The notes: generated from the sequence alone by a model not told the origin. A DNA stretch of 64,000 nucleotides from Desulfobacterales bacterium (GCA_963674755.2 CAXXVS010000001.1:544001-608000); one strand, 5' to 3'; shown: positions 10,948 to 20,844, numbered from the stretch's first letter. Numbers and translations: made by a program.

Positions 10948-10991
10948 ACTGTTTGAAATTAAACAGTTCAATGCCTGGTATGGAAATTGCT
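10948..10991 (+). promoter_or_regulatory. sigma54 (-24/-12) promoter with adjacent inverted repeat
   Basis: TGGTATGGAAATTGCT at 10976-10991 (GG-N10-GC); AACTGTTT-GAAATT-AAACAGTT inverted repeat at 10948-10969. Confidence 0.6.
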
Positions 10992-11076
10992 GCCGGTTAG
11001 CCCCATGAGCCATTGCCGCTGCAGCCCAACCATTGCGGTGCTGATGGGAAATCTTCCATTTGAACAGGTGAACGCT

Positions 11077-11682
11077 ATGCCGACCATTTATGACCTAAAA
11101 CCCCACTTCCAGACGGTGCTCCGCCCCATTGCAGACCGCTTGGCAAAAGGCGGCATTACGCCAAACCAAATTACGATTGCCGCCCTGCTTCTTTCCATAG
11201 GCACAGGACTGCTGGTTGCCCTGGCGGCCAGGCATGGACGGCTCCTACTGCTGGTCCCGGGGGTGCTTTTGGCCCGCATGGCGCTGAACGCCATTGACGG
11301 CATGCTGGCCCGGGAGCATGCCATGCAGACGTCTTTGGGAGCCGTCTTGAACGAACTGGGCGATGTCGTTTCAGATGCTGTCCTCTACCTGCCCTTTGCG
11401 TTCATTCCCGGGATCAACGCAGTCCTGGTGGTCATCCTGGTGGTGCTGGCCATGGTGAGTGAGATGGCCGGGGTGGTGGCGGTCCAGATCGGCGCGCCAC
11501 GCCGTTACGACGGTCCCTTGGGAAAGAGTGACCGGGCTTTCCTGTTCGGTCTTATCGCTTTGATTCTGGGATTGGGGTTCAGGTTTTATGTGATCGCCAA
11601 TCTCGCTTTGGCCGTCGCGTTGGTCCTTTCGCTGGTGACCATCAAAAACCGCGTTCAACATGCGCTGCAGGAGGTATCGTGA
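11077..11682 (+). CDS. CDP-alcohol phosphatidyltransferase family (YnbA-like)
   Basis: IYDLKP, TPNQIT, NAIDGMLAR..G..LNELGD..SD, GPLGKSDR. Confidence 0.9.
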   Translation: MPTIYDLKPHFQTVLRPIADRLAKGGITPNQITIAALLLSIGTGLLVALAARHGRLLLLVPGVLLARMALNAIDGMLAREHAMQTSLGAVLNELGDVVSDAVLYLPFAFIPGINAVLVVILVVLAMVSEMAGVVAVQIGAPRRYDGPLGKSDRAFLFGLIALILGLGFRFYVIANLALAVALVLSLVTIKNRVQHALQEVS

Positions 11683-12620
11683 ACACACCGCATATGAGCC
11701 CTGTCATCCTGTGGTCGCTGGGAGGCCTGTTCGGAATTCTCATTGCGGCCACAGCGATCTATTTTTTCCTCAAGCGAACCCGCCCAACCGCCGATTTTGC
11801 CGAAATCGGCCTGCGCATCCGCTCCTGGTGGATAATGGTTTTCGTTTTCTCCCTGGCCATGCTGCTGAGCCGGAACGTCTCCCTTTGCTTCTTCGCTTTC
11901 ATCAGTTTTTTAGCGCTAAAGGAATATTTGTCCATCATTCCCACTCGGCGGGCGGACCGTCGCGTGCTTCTTTGGGCCTACCTGGCGATCCCAGTGCAGT
12001 ATTTTTGGGCCGGTATCGCCTGGTATGGTATGTTCATCATCTTCATCCCGGTCTATGTCTTCCTGTTCCTTCCGCTGTGCATGGTGAATGTCGGCGAAAC
12101 GCGGGATTTCCTGCGTTCCGCCGGAACCTTGCACTGGGGTCTGATGACGATGGTGTTTAGCATCAGCCATATGGCCTATCTATTGGTGCTGCCGCCTGTC
12201 GCGGCTTCGGGGGCGGGAGGTTCCGGGCTGCTGCTTTACCTGGTTTTTTTAACCCAGTCCAACGATGTTGCCCAATTTCTCTGGGGCAAGTCCCTGGGGA
12301 GGCGCAAGATTGTTCCCAACGTCAGTCCGAACAAGACCTTGGAGGGCTTTCTGGGCGGCGTCGCAACCACCACCTTTCTGGCGGTTCTCTTGAGCGGCTT
12401 GCTCACCCCTCTGAACTTCCCCCTGGCCCTGCTGGCCGGGATTCTGATCAGTATGGCCGGTTTTGTGGGAGACGTCACAATATCGGCCATCAAACGTGAT
12501 ATCGGTGTCAAGGACAGCGGCAACCTGCTGCCCGGGCATGGGGGTATCCTAGACCGGATCGACAGTTTGACCTACTCGGCGCCCCTCTTTTTTCACTTTA
12601 TTCACTATCTATACTACTGA
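11679..12620 (+). CDS. Phosphatidate cytidylyltransferase (YnbB-like)
   Basis: SPNKTLEG, GD..SAIKRDIGVKDSG..LPGHGGILDRIDS. Confidence 0.93.
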   Translation: MNTPHMSPVILWSLGGLFGILIAATAIYFFLKRTRPTADFAEIGLRIRSWWIMVFVFSLAMLLSRNVSLCFFAFISFLALKEYLSIIPTRRADRRVLLWAYLAIPVQYFWAGIAWYGMFIIFIPVYVFLFLPLCMVNVGETRDFLRSAGTLHWGLMTMVFSISHMAYLLVLPPVAASGAGGSGLLLYLVFLTQSNDVAQFLWGKSLGRRKIVPNVSPNKTLEGFLGGVATTTFLAVLLSGLLTPLNFPLALLAGILISMAGFVGDVTISAIKRDIGVKDSGNLLPGHGGILDRIDSLTYSAPLFFHFIHYLYY

Positions 12621-13279
12621 TGGTCGTCATGAACCTCATCAACCGGTTGTTGCGTTACGTATTCTACCGGGTCGTCGTACGCCTGGTGGTGCTGATCGTC
12701 TTGGGCCTGAATGTGCGCCACCGTGAACGTCTCCCTCAAAAAGGACCCGCCATCGTGGTGGCCAACCACAACAGCCACCTGGATACGATGGTTCTCATCA
12801 CGCTTTTGCCGGCCCGCCTGCTCAGCAAGATCCAGCCCGTGGCTGCCGCCGACTATTTTCTGGCCACCCCCCGCAAAGCCTGGTTCGCTCTGAATATCGT
12901 CGGCATCCTGCCCATCAAACGTCAGCGAAAAACCCCGGACGAGGACCTGCTGGCGCCCTGCTACAAGGCTTTGGAAGAAGGGCGGGTCTTAATTTTTTTT
13001 CCCGAAGGCAGTCGGGGGGAATCCGAACGGCTGGCTGCCTTCAGAGGCGGGATCGCCAAACTGGCCAAGCGTTTTCCAGAGGTTCCGGTGACGCCGGTTT
13101 TGCTGCACGGTTTGGGCAAGGCGTTGCCCAAAGGCGAGAAACTTTTGGTCCCGTTTTTCTGTGATGTCTTTGTCGGGGAACCCCTCTTCGGGACGAAAGA
13201 CCGCGGGAGTTTCATCCATCAACTGGAATCGCGCATGGCCGAGCTTTCCCAGGAAGGGGTTTTTCCGCCCTGGGAGTAG
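12620..13279 (+). CDS. 1-acyl-sn-glycerol-3-phosphate (lysophospholipid) acyltransferase
   Basis: ANHNSHLD (HX4D) and FFPEGSR motifs; start overlaps the previous stop. Confidence 0.92.
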   Translation: MVVMNLINRLLRYVFYRVVVRLVVLIVLGLNVRHRERLPQKGPAIVVANHNSHLDTMVLITLLPARLLSKIQPVAAADYFLATPRKAWFALNIVGILPIKRQRKTPDEDLLAPCYKALEEGRVLIFFPEGSRGESERLAAFRGGIAKLAKRFPEVPVTPVLLHGLGKALPKGEKLLVPFFCDVFVGEPLFGTKDRGSFIHQLESRMAELSQEGVFPPWE

Positions 13280-13385
13280 GCCCAATAAAACCAATTCTAA
13301 GGGACTGGATCTGCGTTGGTTTTCCATGGACCAAAAGAGGTCGCAGGAATGCAACGCATTCCTGGTGGGACGGCAGGTTCTTGGC

Positions 13386-14336
13386 CTAATACCCCGCCGC
13401 AGTGTCGACCACATTTATCATTTTGCCAGAGCCCGACAGGTAGACCTCTATATTGTGCTCGATGATCGCCATGGCGCGCGCCATGTAGTGGGGTGAAACC
13501 CCGCAGATGTGGGGCGTCAGGATGACGTTCTCAAGGTCCCACAGGGGGCTTTCGGCGGGCAGCGGTTCTGTCTCGTAAACGTCGCTGACCAGGGCCTTGA
13601 TGCGGTGGCGGCGCAGGGCATCGATTAGATCCGTTTCGTTGACTGTCGTGCCGCGGCCCATGTTGATGAAGCTGGCCGTGGGTTTCATCGCCTCGAAGAA
13701 GCGGCGGTCGATCATCTTTTCCGTGCCCGGCGTGGCGGGCAGCAGGTTGATGACGTAATCGCTTTGCCGGAATACGAGGGCCATGTCCTCGGGGCCATAG
13801 ACCGTATCCACATCTGTCAGCGGCACAGGGGTGCGTTTGACGCCGATTACGCGCATGCCCATGAAAGCTGCCTTGCGGGCGATTTCGCGTCCGACGGCCC
13901 TCAGTCCGATGATGCCGACGGTCGCGCCGCTGATCTCCTCCTGGGGGACCGCGCGCGCCCATTTTTTTTGCATCTGGTTGCGGAACATAAAATGGAAGCC
14001 GCGTGCCAGGTTGATCATGGCCGCGATGGCATATTCGGCCATGTGGATGGTGTGGATGCCGCGTCCGTTGGTGAGGCGAATGCCCCGGCGGGCGATTTCC
14101 GCCAGGGGCAGGGCATCCACCCCGGCGGTGATGGCCTGTACCCATTTGAGCTGCGGGGCCGCATCGATCATTTTGCGATTGCCATGCAGGAAAATCAGCA
14201 GGATTTCGGTTACCGGCAAATAGTCGAAGACCTTGTCGCGATCCGTGCAGCGCATCCATGCGACTTGCGGATAGTGCTGTTCGAGCCGTGCCAGATCGGC
14301 ATCCGGCAGGTCAAAATGGATCAGAGCATGAGGCAT
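13386..14336 (-). CDS. D-2-hydroxyacid dehydrogenase family protein
   Basis: AGVD, INMGRG, DVYETEPLP, ILTPHICG; Rossmann motif reads GLRAVG. Confidence 0.9.
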   Translation of the reverse strand: MPHALIHFDLPDADLARLEQHYPQVAWMRCTDRDKVFDYLPVTEILLIFLHGNRKMIDAAPQLKWVQAITAGVDALPLAEIARRGIRLTNGRGIHTIHMAEYAIAAMINLARGFHFMFRNQMQKKWARAVPQEEISGATVGIIGLRAVGREIARKAAFMGMRVIGVKRTPVPLTDVDTVYGPEDMALVFRQSDYVINLLPATPGTEKMIDRRFFEAMKPTASFINMGRGTTVNETDLIDALRRHRIKALVSDVYETEPLPAESPLWDLENVILTPHICGVSPHYMARAMAIIEHNIEVYLSGSGKMINVVDTAAGY

Positions 14337-14431
14337 TCGCTACTCTCCTCTTATTGTTCTGAATTGCCAAAACAGAAATTTACCATGAAGAACATGAAGG
14401 CCTTAATATTGAGGTTTTTGGCCTTCGCTCA

Positions 14432-15343
14432 TCACAGTTCCTCGGGCACGAAGGCGGTCACATCGTCGATGGTCAGGGTGTCGGCCAAGAGCATCACCAG
14501 GCGGTCCACTCCCAGGGCGTTGCCGGTGGCGGGGGGCATCATTGCCAGATCCGCCAGAAAGCGTTCCGGCAGGGGGGTGGCCGGGCGGCCGGCCTGTTGC
14601 CGTAGCTGCAATTCCTGCTGAAAGCGCTGCCGTTGCTCCGCCGGATCGGCCAACTCGCTGAACCCGTTGCACAATTCGATACCCCCGATATAGAGCTCGA
14701 AACGCTCGGCCCGGTCGGGCCGGTCCGGCTTCAGGCGGGCCAGGGCCGCGCAGGGGGCCGGATAGTCGTAAAGCAAGACCGGGCGCTCCCAGCCCAGGCG
14801 AGGCTCGATTTCCAGGCCGACGATCTCGTCGAAGCGGCCCGCGGCGAGGGCCTCCTCGGGCGTGGTGCCGGCGAAAATCCGAAAGGCCTCCTCCACGGCC
14901 AGGCGTTCGAAAGGGCCCGCTATATCGATGGCCCGTCCCTGGAAGGATAAACAGCCATCGCGGTCCAGGGCGTGGGCCACGTGCTTCACCAGGGCCTCGG
15001 TCTGGTCCATCATGTGCCGGTAGTCCCGGTGGGCGGTATACCATTCCAACAGGGTGAATTCGCAAAGGTGGCGCCGGCCGCGCTCACCCCGGCGGAAGCA
15101 ACGGCAGAGCTGGAAGAGGCGCGGATAGCCGGCCGCCAGAAGCCGTTTCATGCACAATTCGGGCGAGGTCTGCAGAAAGGCGTCGCCGGCCGGTTCGGGG
15201 TCGATATGGGCTTCCGGGGCAGGGGCGGGTATCCGAATGGGGGTTTCGACGTCAAGATAGTCGTGGGTTTCGAAAAAAGAGCGTATGGCTTGCTGCACTT
15301 GGGATCTTAACCGCAGGGCGGTCTTAAGCGTCGCTTGGCGCAT
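14432..15343 (-). CDS. epmA: EF-P lysine aminoacylase
   Basis: LQTSPELCMKRLL, FRRGE, EFTLLEWY, ERFELY..ELCNGFSEL, GNALGVDRL; no anticodon-binding domain. Confidence 0.93.
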   Translation of the reverse strand: MRQATLKTALRLRSQVQQAIRSFFETHDYLDVETPIRIPAPAPEAHIDPEPAGDAFLQTSPELCMKRLLAAGYPRLFQLCRCFRRGERGRRHLCEFTLLEWYTAHRDYRHMMDQTEALVKHVAHALDRDGCLSFQGRAIDIAGPFERLAVEEAFRIFAGTTPEEALAAGRFDEIVGLEIEPRLGWERPVLLYDYPAPCAALARLKPDRPDRAERFELYIGGIELCNGFSELADPAEQRQRFQQELQLRQQAGRPATPLPERFLADLAMMPPATGNALGVDRLVMLLADTLTIDDVTAFVPEEL

Positions 15344-15355
15344 GGTCGCCTCGGA

Positions 15356-16672
15356 TCAGGCTTTGCGTACGGTATAGCTGTCCGTACGCTGATCCTGCAG
15401 GGCCACAAAGTCGAATTCGTCGGGATCGGCCTCGCTAAACCAGGCCTGGCCGGCCTGGCGGCAGTCTTCGCAGGCGTTGCGCGGAATGTGGATCGCCAGG
15501 AGGTGCCGGCCGCGGTCGGAGGTGGAGTCGATGCGCCAGGCGCCGCCGCACTGATCGCAGATCCGAACCGTTTCTTTTTGGAATTCGGTGATGCCGGCGG
15601 TGTCGTAGTAGAGCTGGCGCGAGCGCTGGCCGCAGCCGGACTTGGCACGGACCTGCTCCTGGATTTCACCCCGCCGCTGCCAGTAGGCCAGCACCAGGTC
15701 CCCCACCTTGCCGATGACGCGCGTGACGTCCTTGGACTGGCGGATGGTCTCCGGATTGAAATTGGGCTCGCGCACCTTGCTGTAATCGATGCCGGCCATG
15801 GCCAGGATGATGCCGACGTTAACATAGGGCAGGGCGCCTTCGATGGCATAGCCGCCTTCCAGGACGGCGATGTCGGCCTTGAGCAGCTCCGTCAGCTCGG
15901 CGTAGCCCCGGGCCGTGAAGTTCATGTTGGTGATGGGGTCGGAGAAATGATTGTCCTGGCCGGCGGAATTGACCACCAGATCCGGCTTGAAATCCTCCAA
16001 GATCGGCAGGACCACGTTGCGGATGGTGTAGAGAAAGCCTTCCTCCGAGGTGTTGGGGGGCAAGGGGATGTTCAGGGTGGTGCCAATCGCGTTGGGGCCG
16101 CCCAGCTCGTTGGGGAAGCCGGTGCCCGGATACAGGGTGCGTCCGTCCTGGTGGATCGAGATGAAGAGGGTGTCGGGATCGTGCCAGTAGACGTCCTGGG
16201 TGCCGTCCCCGTGATGGCAGTCCGTATCGACGATGGCCACCCGGCGGACGCCGTATGTTTGGCGCAGATGTTCGATCATGACGGCTTCGATATTGATGTT
16301 GCAGAAGCCGCGGGCGCCGTGGACCACCCGCATGGCGTGGTGGCCGGGAGGGCGCACCAGGGCGAAACCCCGCTCGATTTGCTTTTCCATGACCGCGCAG
16401 CCGATGGTCTTGGCGCCGCCGGCACTGATGAAATGGGACTCCGTCATGACGCTGAGCGGGTCGGGCACGCAGAAATGCACCCGCTGGACATCGGGAACGT
16501 TGACCAGGTCGGGCTTGAGCTCCACGATGTCTTCGATGTCCAGAAGCCCCTCCTCGATGACCTGATCCTGGGTATAGAGGAGGCGCTCTTCGCGCTCCGG
16601 ATGGGTGGGGTCGATGGCCCAGTCGAAGGCCGGAAAAAAAACCAGGCCGGTTTTATATTTGGCTTTCAGCAT
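15356..16672 (-). CDS. Histone deacetylase family protein with C-terminal Cys-containing extension
   Basis: HPE, RPPGHHA, GFC, DTDCHHGDGTQ, SAGQD, LEGGY. Confidence 0.92.
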   Translation of the reverse strand: MLKAKYKTGLVFFPAFDWAIDPTHPEREERLLYTQDQVIEEGLLDIEDIVELKPDLVNVPDVQRVHFCVPDPLSVMTESHFISAGGAKTIGCAVMEKQIERGFALVRPPGHHAMRVVHGARGFCNINIEAVMIEHLRQTYGVRRVAIVDTDCHHGDGTQDVYWHDPDTLFISIHQDGRTLYPGTGFPNELGGPNAIGTTLNIPLPPNTSEEGFLYTIRNVVLPILEDFKPDLVVNSAGQDNHFSDPITNMNFTARGYAELTELLKADIAVLEGGYAIEGALPYVNVGIILAMAGIDYSKVREPNFNPETIRQSKDVTRVIGKVGDLVLAYWQRRGEIQEQVRAKSGCGQRSRQLYYDTAGITEFQKETVRICDQCGGAWRIDSTSDRGRHLLAIHIPRNACEDCRQAGQAWFSEADPDEFDFVALQDQRTDSYTVRKA

Positions 16673-16699
16673 GGCGTGTCCTCTTCCGGCCGCGGCGGC

Positions 16700-18379
16700 T
16701 CACATCAGGCGCCCCGCCACCGGGTCGTAGCCGTGAATCAGTCCGGGCTGTACCTGGGCGCGGATGCGGATATTGCGGCCGGTCGTATGGAAACCCCGGA
16801 CCATATTGAACTGCAAATCTTCGGTGACTTCCATTTCGAGGTATTCCGGGTTGGCCCCCCGTCCCACGGCCTTGCGCTGCAACAGGTCCAGCGCCAGCCG
16901 GCGGGCCTGGACCCGGTCGAAGGAGCGCTCGATACGTTCCGTATAGTTTTCTTCCGGCGCCGATACGATCCCCTGTTCCGTATCGGCATACAGCACCACT
17001 TCGCAGGTGGTGCGGGCCAGGGCGGCGCCGATGGCGTTGGCCACCGCCCAGCGCGGCACGACCCCCACCCGGTAGCTGGACAGGGACTCCAGGTGCGCGG
17101 CAAAAAGCGGGGCCGGCCCTCCGAGAACCAAGATCGTGGCGGGGCGCACTTCATAGCCTTCCTGCATCTCATGGACCGTATAGACCGGCTGGCGGTTGAT
17201 GCGCGCGATCATCTGCTCGGCTTCATCCAGGATTTGGCGGCAGGTGTGGTCAAAGACCCGGAAGGCGGCCTCCTCCACGCTTAGCCCCAGTTGTTGGGCA
17301 ATGGGGGCGAACCCCCGGGCGGCCAGTTCCGGCGATCCCCGGCGGGCCTTGCCCATGATGACCAGAGCATCGGTGGGGGTGGGGGTCGGGCCGCCGTGGG
17401 CCATGGCCGGGCCGTCGCGATGGGGGCCGACCAGGATGCGGCCGTCTTCAATCCGTACGGCGCTGTCCCCGCCGATCCCGATGGAATGGGTTTTCAGGGA
17501 CCGGATGAGGGTTTTGTAGTCCCCCAGTTCCACCCCTTGGGGGTCGAGCAGGGGCACCTGATCCACCAGCACCGCCATGTCGGTGGTGGTCCCGCCGATA
17601 TCCATGACCAGGGCGTCGCCGTTTTCCGGCCCGAAGGCGATGGAGCCCATGACGCTGGCCGCCGGTCCGGAAAAAATGGTCTGGGCCGGGTAGTCGATGG
17701 AGGCCTCGAAGTTCATGTTGCCGCCGTCCGCCTTGAGGATCCGGATCGGCACCTGCAAGCCCTTGCGCACCAGCGATTTGTGGACGGCTTCAAAAAAATT
17801 GCGGTGAATGGGGTAGACCGCGGCGTTGAGATAGGTGGTGGCGATGCGGCGCGGAAAGCTGAGGTTGCCGGAAATGCGGTGACCCAGGAAGATCTTCTCG
17901 AAATGGTTTTCAAGGTGGCGGGCGATGGCCAGTTCCTGTTGGGCATTGCGCACCGAGAATTTGGTGACGACGCCGACATGCCGAATGCCCTCCGCTTGGA
18001 ATCGGTCGCGGACGTCGTCGATTTCAGCCGCCTGCACCGGTTCGACTTCCCGCCCGCGATGGTCGATGGAGCCTGAAAGGCAGGCGAAGTGGTCGTTGGT
18101 GCGATAATACCAGGGGTCGACCCCGGGGCCGCCGGCAACGATCATGCCGACCTTGGGGAGCTTTTTCTGAATGATGGCGTTGGTGGTCAGGGTCGTGCTC
18201 ATGACCATGCGCAGGATCCGGGTCGGATCGATGCCGGCGGTGATGCTTTCAAGAGCGGTCAGGACCGTCTGGAAAAGGTCGTCGGGATCCGTCGGGACCT
18301 TGAGTTCGTTGATGATGCCTTCGCTTCCGAGCAGTACGACATCGGCGTGGGTGCCGCCGACATCAAGACCAATGATCAT
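16700..18379 (-). CDS. Hydantoinase/oxoprolinase family protein (A-subunit type)
   Basis: IGLDVGGTHAD, SGPAAS, DIGGTTTD, GIGGDS, PTPTDA, VANAIGAA. Confidence 0.9.
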   Translation of the reverse strand: MIIGLDVGGTHADVVLLGSEGIINELKVPTDPDDLFQTVLTALESITAGIDPTRILRMVMSTTLTTNAIIQKKLPKVGMIVAGGPGVDPWYYRTNDHFACLSGSIDHRGREVEPVQAAEIDDVRDRFQAEGIRHVGVVTKFSVRNAQQELAIARHLENHFEKIFLGHRISGNLSFPRRIATTYLNAAVYPIHRNFFEAVHKSLVRKGLQVPIRILKADGGNMNFEASIDYPAQTIFSGPAASVMGSIAFGPENGDALVMDIGGTTTDMAVLVDQVPLLDPQGVELGDYKTLIRSLKTHSIGIGGDSAVRIEDGRILVGPHRDGPAMAHGGPTPTPTDALVIMGKARRGSPELAARGFAPIAQQLGLSVEEAAFRVFDHTCRQILDEAEQMIARINRQPVYTVHEMQEGYEVRPATILVLGGPAPLFAAHLESLSSYRVGVVPRWAVANAIGAALARTTCEVVLYADTEQGIVSAPEENYTERIERSFDRVQARRLALDLLQRKAVGRGANPEYLEMEVTEDLQFNMVRGFHTTGRNIRIRAQVQPGLIHGYDPVAGRLM

Positions 18380-18558
18380 GGCAACGTCCCGAGCGTTGAG
18401 GGATAATGGGCGCGGCCGCCTGTGCTGGGGGCAGGCGGACCGTTGTTGGGTGTGCCAGAAGACCCTAACGGATATGGCCGGTGATGTCAATCATCCCTTA
18501 TGGGGTGCGGGATTGCGGCGGGATGGACCGGCGGCGTCGTAGCCGGTCGTCCCTGTGG

Positions 18559-18963
18559 TCAATCCGCCAGGTAGTAGGTAATGGTCGACTGCCCCGAATA
18601 GCGGAATTTGATGTTTTGCGACCCGCTGTAGCCCTGGGCCTGTTTATCGATGACACTGGGCGGCCCCGTGGAGAGGGCCGATTCCGGAAAACCCTGGTTA
18701 CGGAGAAAAGCGATAATCAGGGCGTTTTTCTTCTGGATGTCGTCGTAAAGGCGGTTGAGGTCGTTGTCGGCTTCATTGAAGGTGATGGGCCAGATGGCGA
18801 TATTGGCCCTCACTTCGCGTTCGGAGAGACCTTTGACCGTTACGGTCCTTTCCAGCGCCCGGAAGGCGACTACGCTGTTACCGATCTGAAATCCCAGGCC
18901 GATCAGCCCGATGCACAGCAGCAAACCGAGAATCAGGGCGCTGCCGAGGGAGGATGTTTTCAT
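18559..18963 (-). pseudogene. SIMPL (DUF541) domain protein, internally deleted
   Basis: RTVTVKGLSEREV.ANIAIWP SIMPL start but only 134 aa; ends in TITYYLAD, resembling the family C-terminus. Confidence 0.6.
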
Positions 18964-19230
18964 TCGAGGTGACCTTTCGTTGAGGTGCGGCGGTGAAGGA
19001 CGCTGTAAACGGCGTCGGTGGTGTCATCGCGGTCGCGCTGCAACGCCTTTGGGATGATTCCCGCCATAGTGGATCAGCGCCGAAAAATAAATCGGCATTG
19101 AAATCCCCCACCGCGGCGGCTGACGTGAGCGGCTTGCGCCGGCAGGCGAATATTGTTATTCTTCTTGCTATTCGAAGGCGCCATCGCCTTGTGCTGACGG
19201 TCTCCCCCACCATAAGCTAAGGAAAGCATC

Positions 19231-20589
19231 ATGCCCGATCCTTCGCCAGCGATCGAAACCGCCAAGGCCAAACTTTCCGGAACCCTGCAATTCGTTACCG
19301 ACGACATCTGGCGCACACGCCCGGCCGATCTGCCTCCCTGGAAACGTGCCATCGTGCGCATGCTGCGGGTGCTCTCGCTGGCCATTCGCGGTTTCCGGGA
19401 AGATGTCTGCACGCTGCGGGCGACCTCGCTCACCTTCTACACCCTGCTCTCCATCGTGCCGGTGGCGGCCATGGCCTTCGGCATTGCCAAAGGGTTCGGC
19501 TTCCAGAAGATTCTCGAGCAGCAGCTTTACAAAAACTTTCCCGGCCAGGAAGAAATTCTCGGTAAGGTCGTTCTTTTCGCCAATTCGCTGCTGGCCACAA
19601 CCCAGGGCGGGGTCATCGCCGGGATCGGTCTGGTGCTGCTCTTCTGGACCGTAGTGAAGGTGTTGGGCACCATCGAGGCCTCCTTCAACAGCATCTGGGG
19701 CATTCGGCGGCCGCGTTCCATTGCCCGCAAGTTCAGCGACTATCTTGCCATCATGATGATCAGTCCCCTGCTGGTGATTCTGCAAAGCAGCGCTATCGTG
19801 TTCATTACCACCCAGCTCAGCCAGATCGCCGAACGGATTGCCCTGATCGGGTATTTCAGCCCCTTGATTACCCTGTCCTTCAAACTCATTCCCTACGTCA
19901 TCGTCTGGGTCCTGTTCACCATGGTTTACATGGTCATGCCCAATACCCGCGTCAAGTTTTCTTCCGCCTTGATTGCCGGCATGATCGCCGGCACCGGTTA
20001 TCAATTGTTCCAGTGGTTTTACATCTCCCTCCAGGTGGGGGCCGCGCGTTACAACGCCATCTATGGCAGCTTTGCCGCCCTGCCGCTTTTCCTGGTCTGG
20101 CTCCAGGTCAGCTGGACCATCGTGCTCTTCGGCGCTGAAATTTCCTTTGCCAAACAGCATGCCCAGGACCATGAGTTCGAATCCGATACCGAGCAGGCCA
20201 GTCCCGGGCTGCGTAAAATGGTGGCCCTCCAGATCACCCGCCTGGTGGTCCAAAAGTTCGTCGACGGCGCGCCGCCCCTGAGCGCCGGAGCCATCGCCGC
20301 CGGGGTGGAACGCCCTCCCCGTCTGACCCATCGGGTATTGGAGGAACTTGTGGAGGGCGGTATCCTCAATGAAGTCCAGGTTGAGAGTACGGAGGTCCCC
20401 ACCTATGTTCCGGCGCGGGACGTGGACCAGTTTACCCTGAGTTTTATCCTGGAAGCTCTCGAAACCCGGGGCGTCAATGAGATCCCCTGGCCCCAGGGTC
20501 AGGAAACCTCCTCCCTGGCACTGGCCCTCAACCAGTTGCGCGAATCGGTGCGCCAGTCGCCCGGCAACCGCCGCCTGAAAGAGCTCTGA
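19231..20589 (+). CDS. YihY/BrkB family membrane protein with C-terminal winged-helix extension
   Basis: ATSLTFYTLLSIVP, IEASFNSIW, YNAIYGSFAALP..LVWLQVSW.IVLFGAE. Confidence 0.9.
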   Translation: MPDPSPAIETAKAKLSGTLQFVTDDIWRTRPADLPPWKRAIVRMLRVLSLAIRGFREDVCTLRATSLTFYTLLSIVPVAAMAFGIAKGFGFQKILEQQLYKNFPGQEEILGKVVLFANSLLATTQGGVIAGIGLVLLFWTVVKVLGTIEASFNSIWGIRRPRSIARKFSDYLAIMMISPLLVILQSSAIVFITTQLSQIAERIALIGYFSPLITLSFKLIPYVIVWVLFTMVYMVMPNTRVKFSSALIAGMIAGTGYQLFQWFYISLQVGAARYNAIYGSFAALPLFLVWLQVSWTIVLFGAEISFAKQHAQDHEFESDTEQASPGLRKMVALQITRLVVQKFVDGAPPLSAGAIAAGVERPPRLTHRVLEELVEGGILNEVQVESTEVPTYVPARDVDQFTLSFILEALETRGVNEIPWPQGQETSSLALALNQLRESVRQSPGNRRLKEL

Positions 20590-20781
20590 GGTGTCGGCGT
20601 CCCGTTAACCGTCCCTGTATCCCTGGTCCGCCGTCCCTTCCCAGGGACGGCACCTATGCCTGCCGTATGTGCTGGATCCTCCTATTGTTTTGCGGACCAA
20701 AAGCGTCCCATTCCCATAAGCGGATATTTTGGGTTGTTTTGGGTCGCTTTAACTGCTTTTATTCTCAGGGATAAAATAATA

Positions 20782-20810
20782 TTGACAACTGATAACGGCA
20801 AATCTATAAC
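20782..20810 (+). promoter_or_regulatory. sigma70 promoter of the regulator-wtp operon
   Basis: TTGACA-N17-TATAAC. Confidence 0.75.
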
Positions 20811-20820
20811 CCCCAATTTA

Positions 20821-20844
20821 TGATACATATCTCATTATGTGTCA
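20821..20844. promoter_or_regulatory. Palindromic operator candidate
   Basis: TGATACATA-N6-TATGTGTCA, just downstream of the -10 box. Confidence 0.55.

Noticed and set aside
18486..18561. Sec read-through of the SIMPL TGA
   Set aside because: The downstream frame shows no SIMPL-like sequence and the ORF already ends in a C-terminus-like motif
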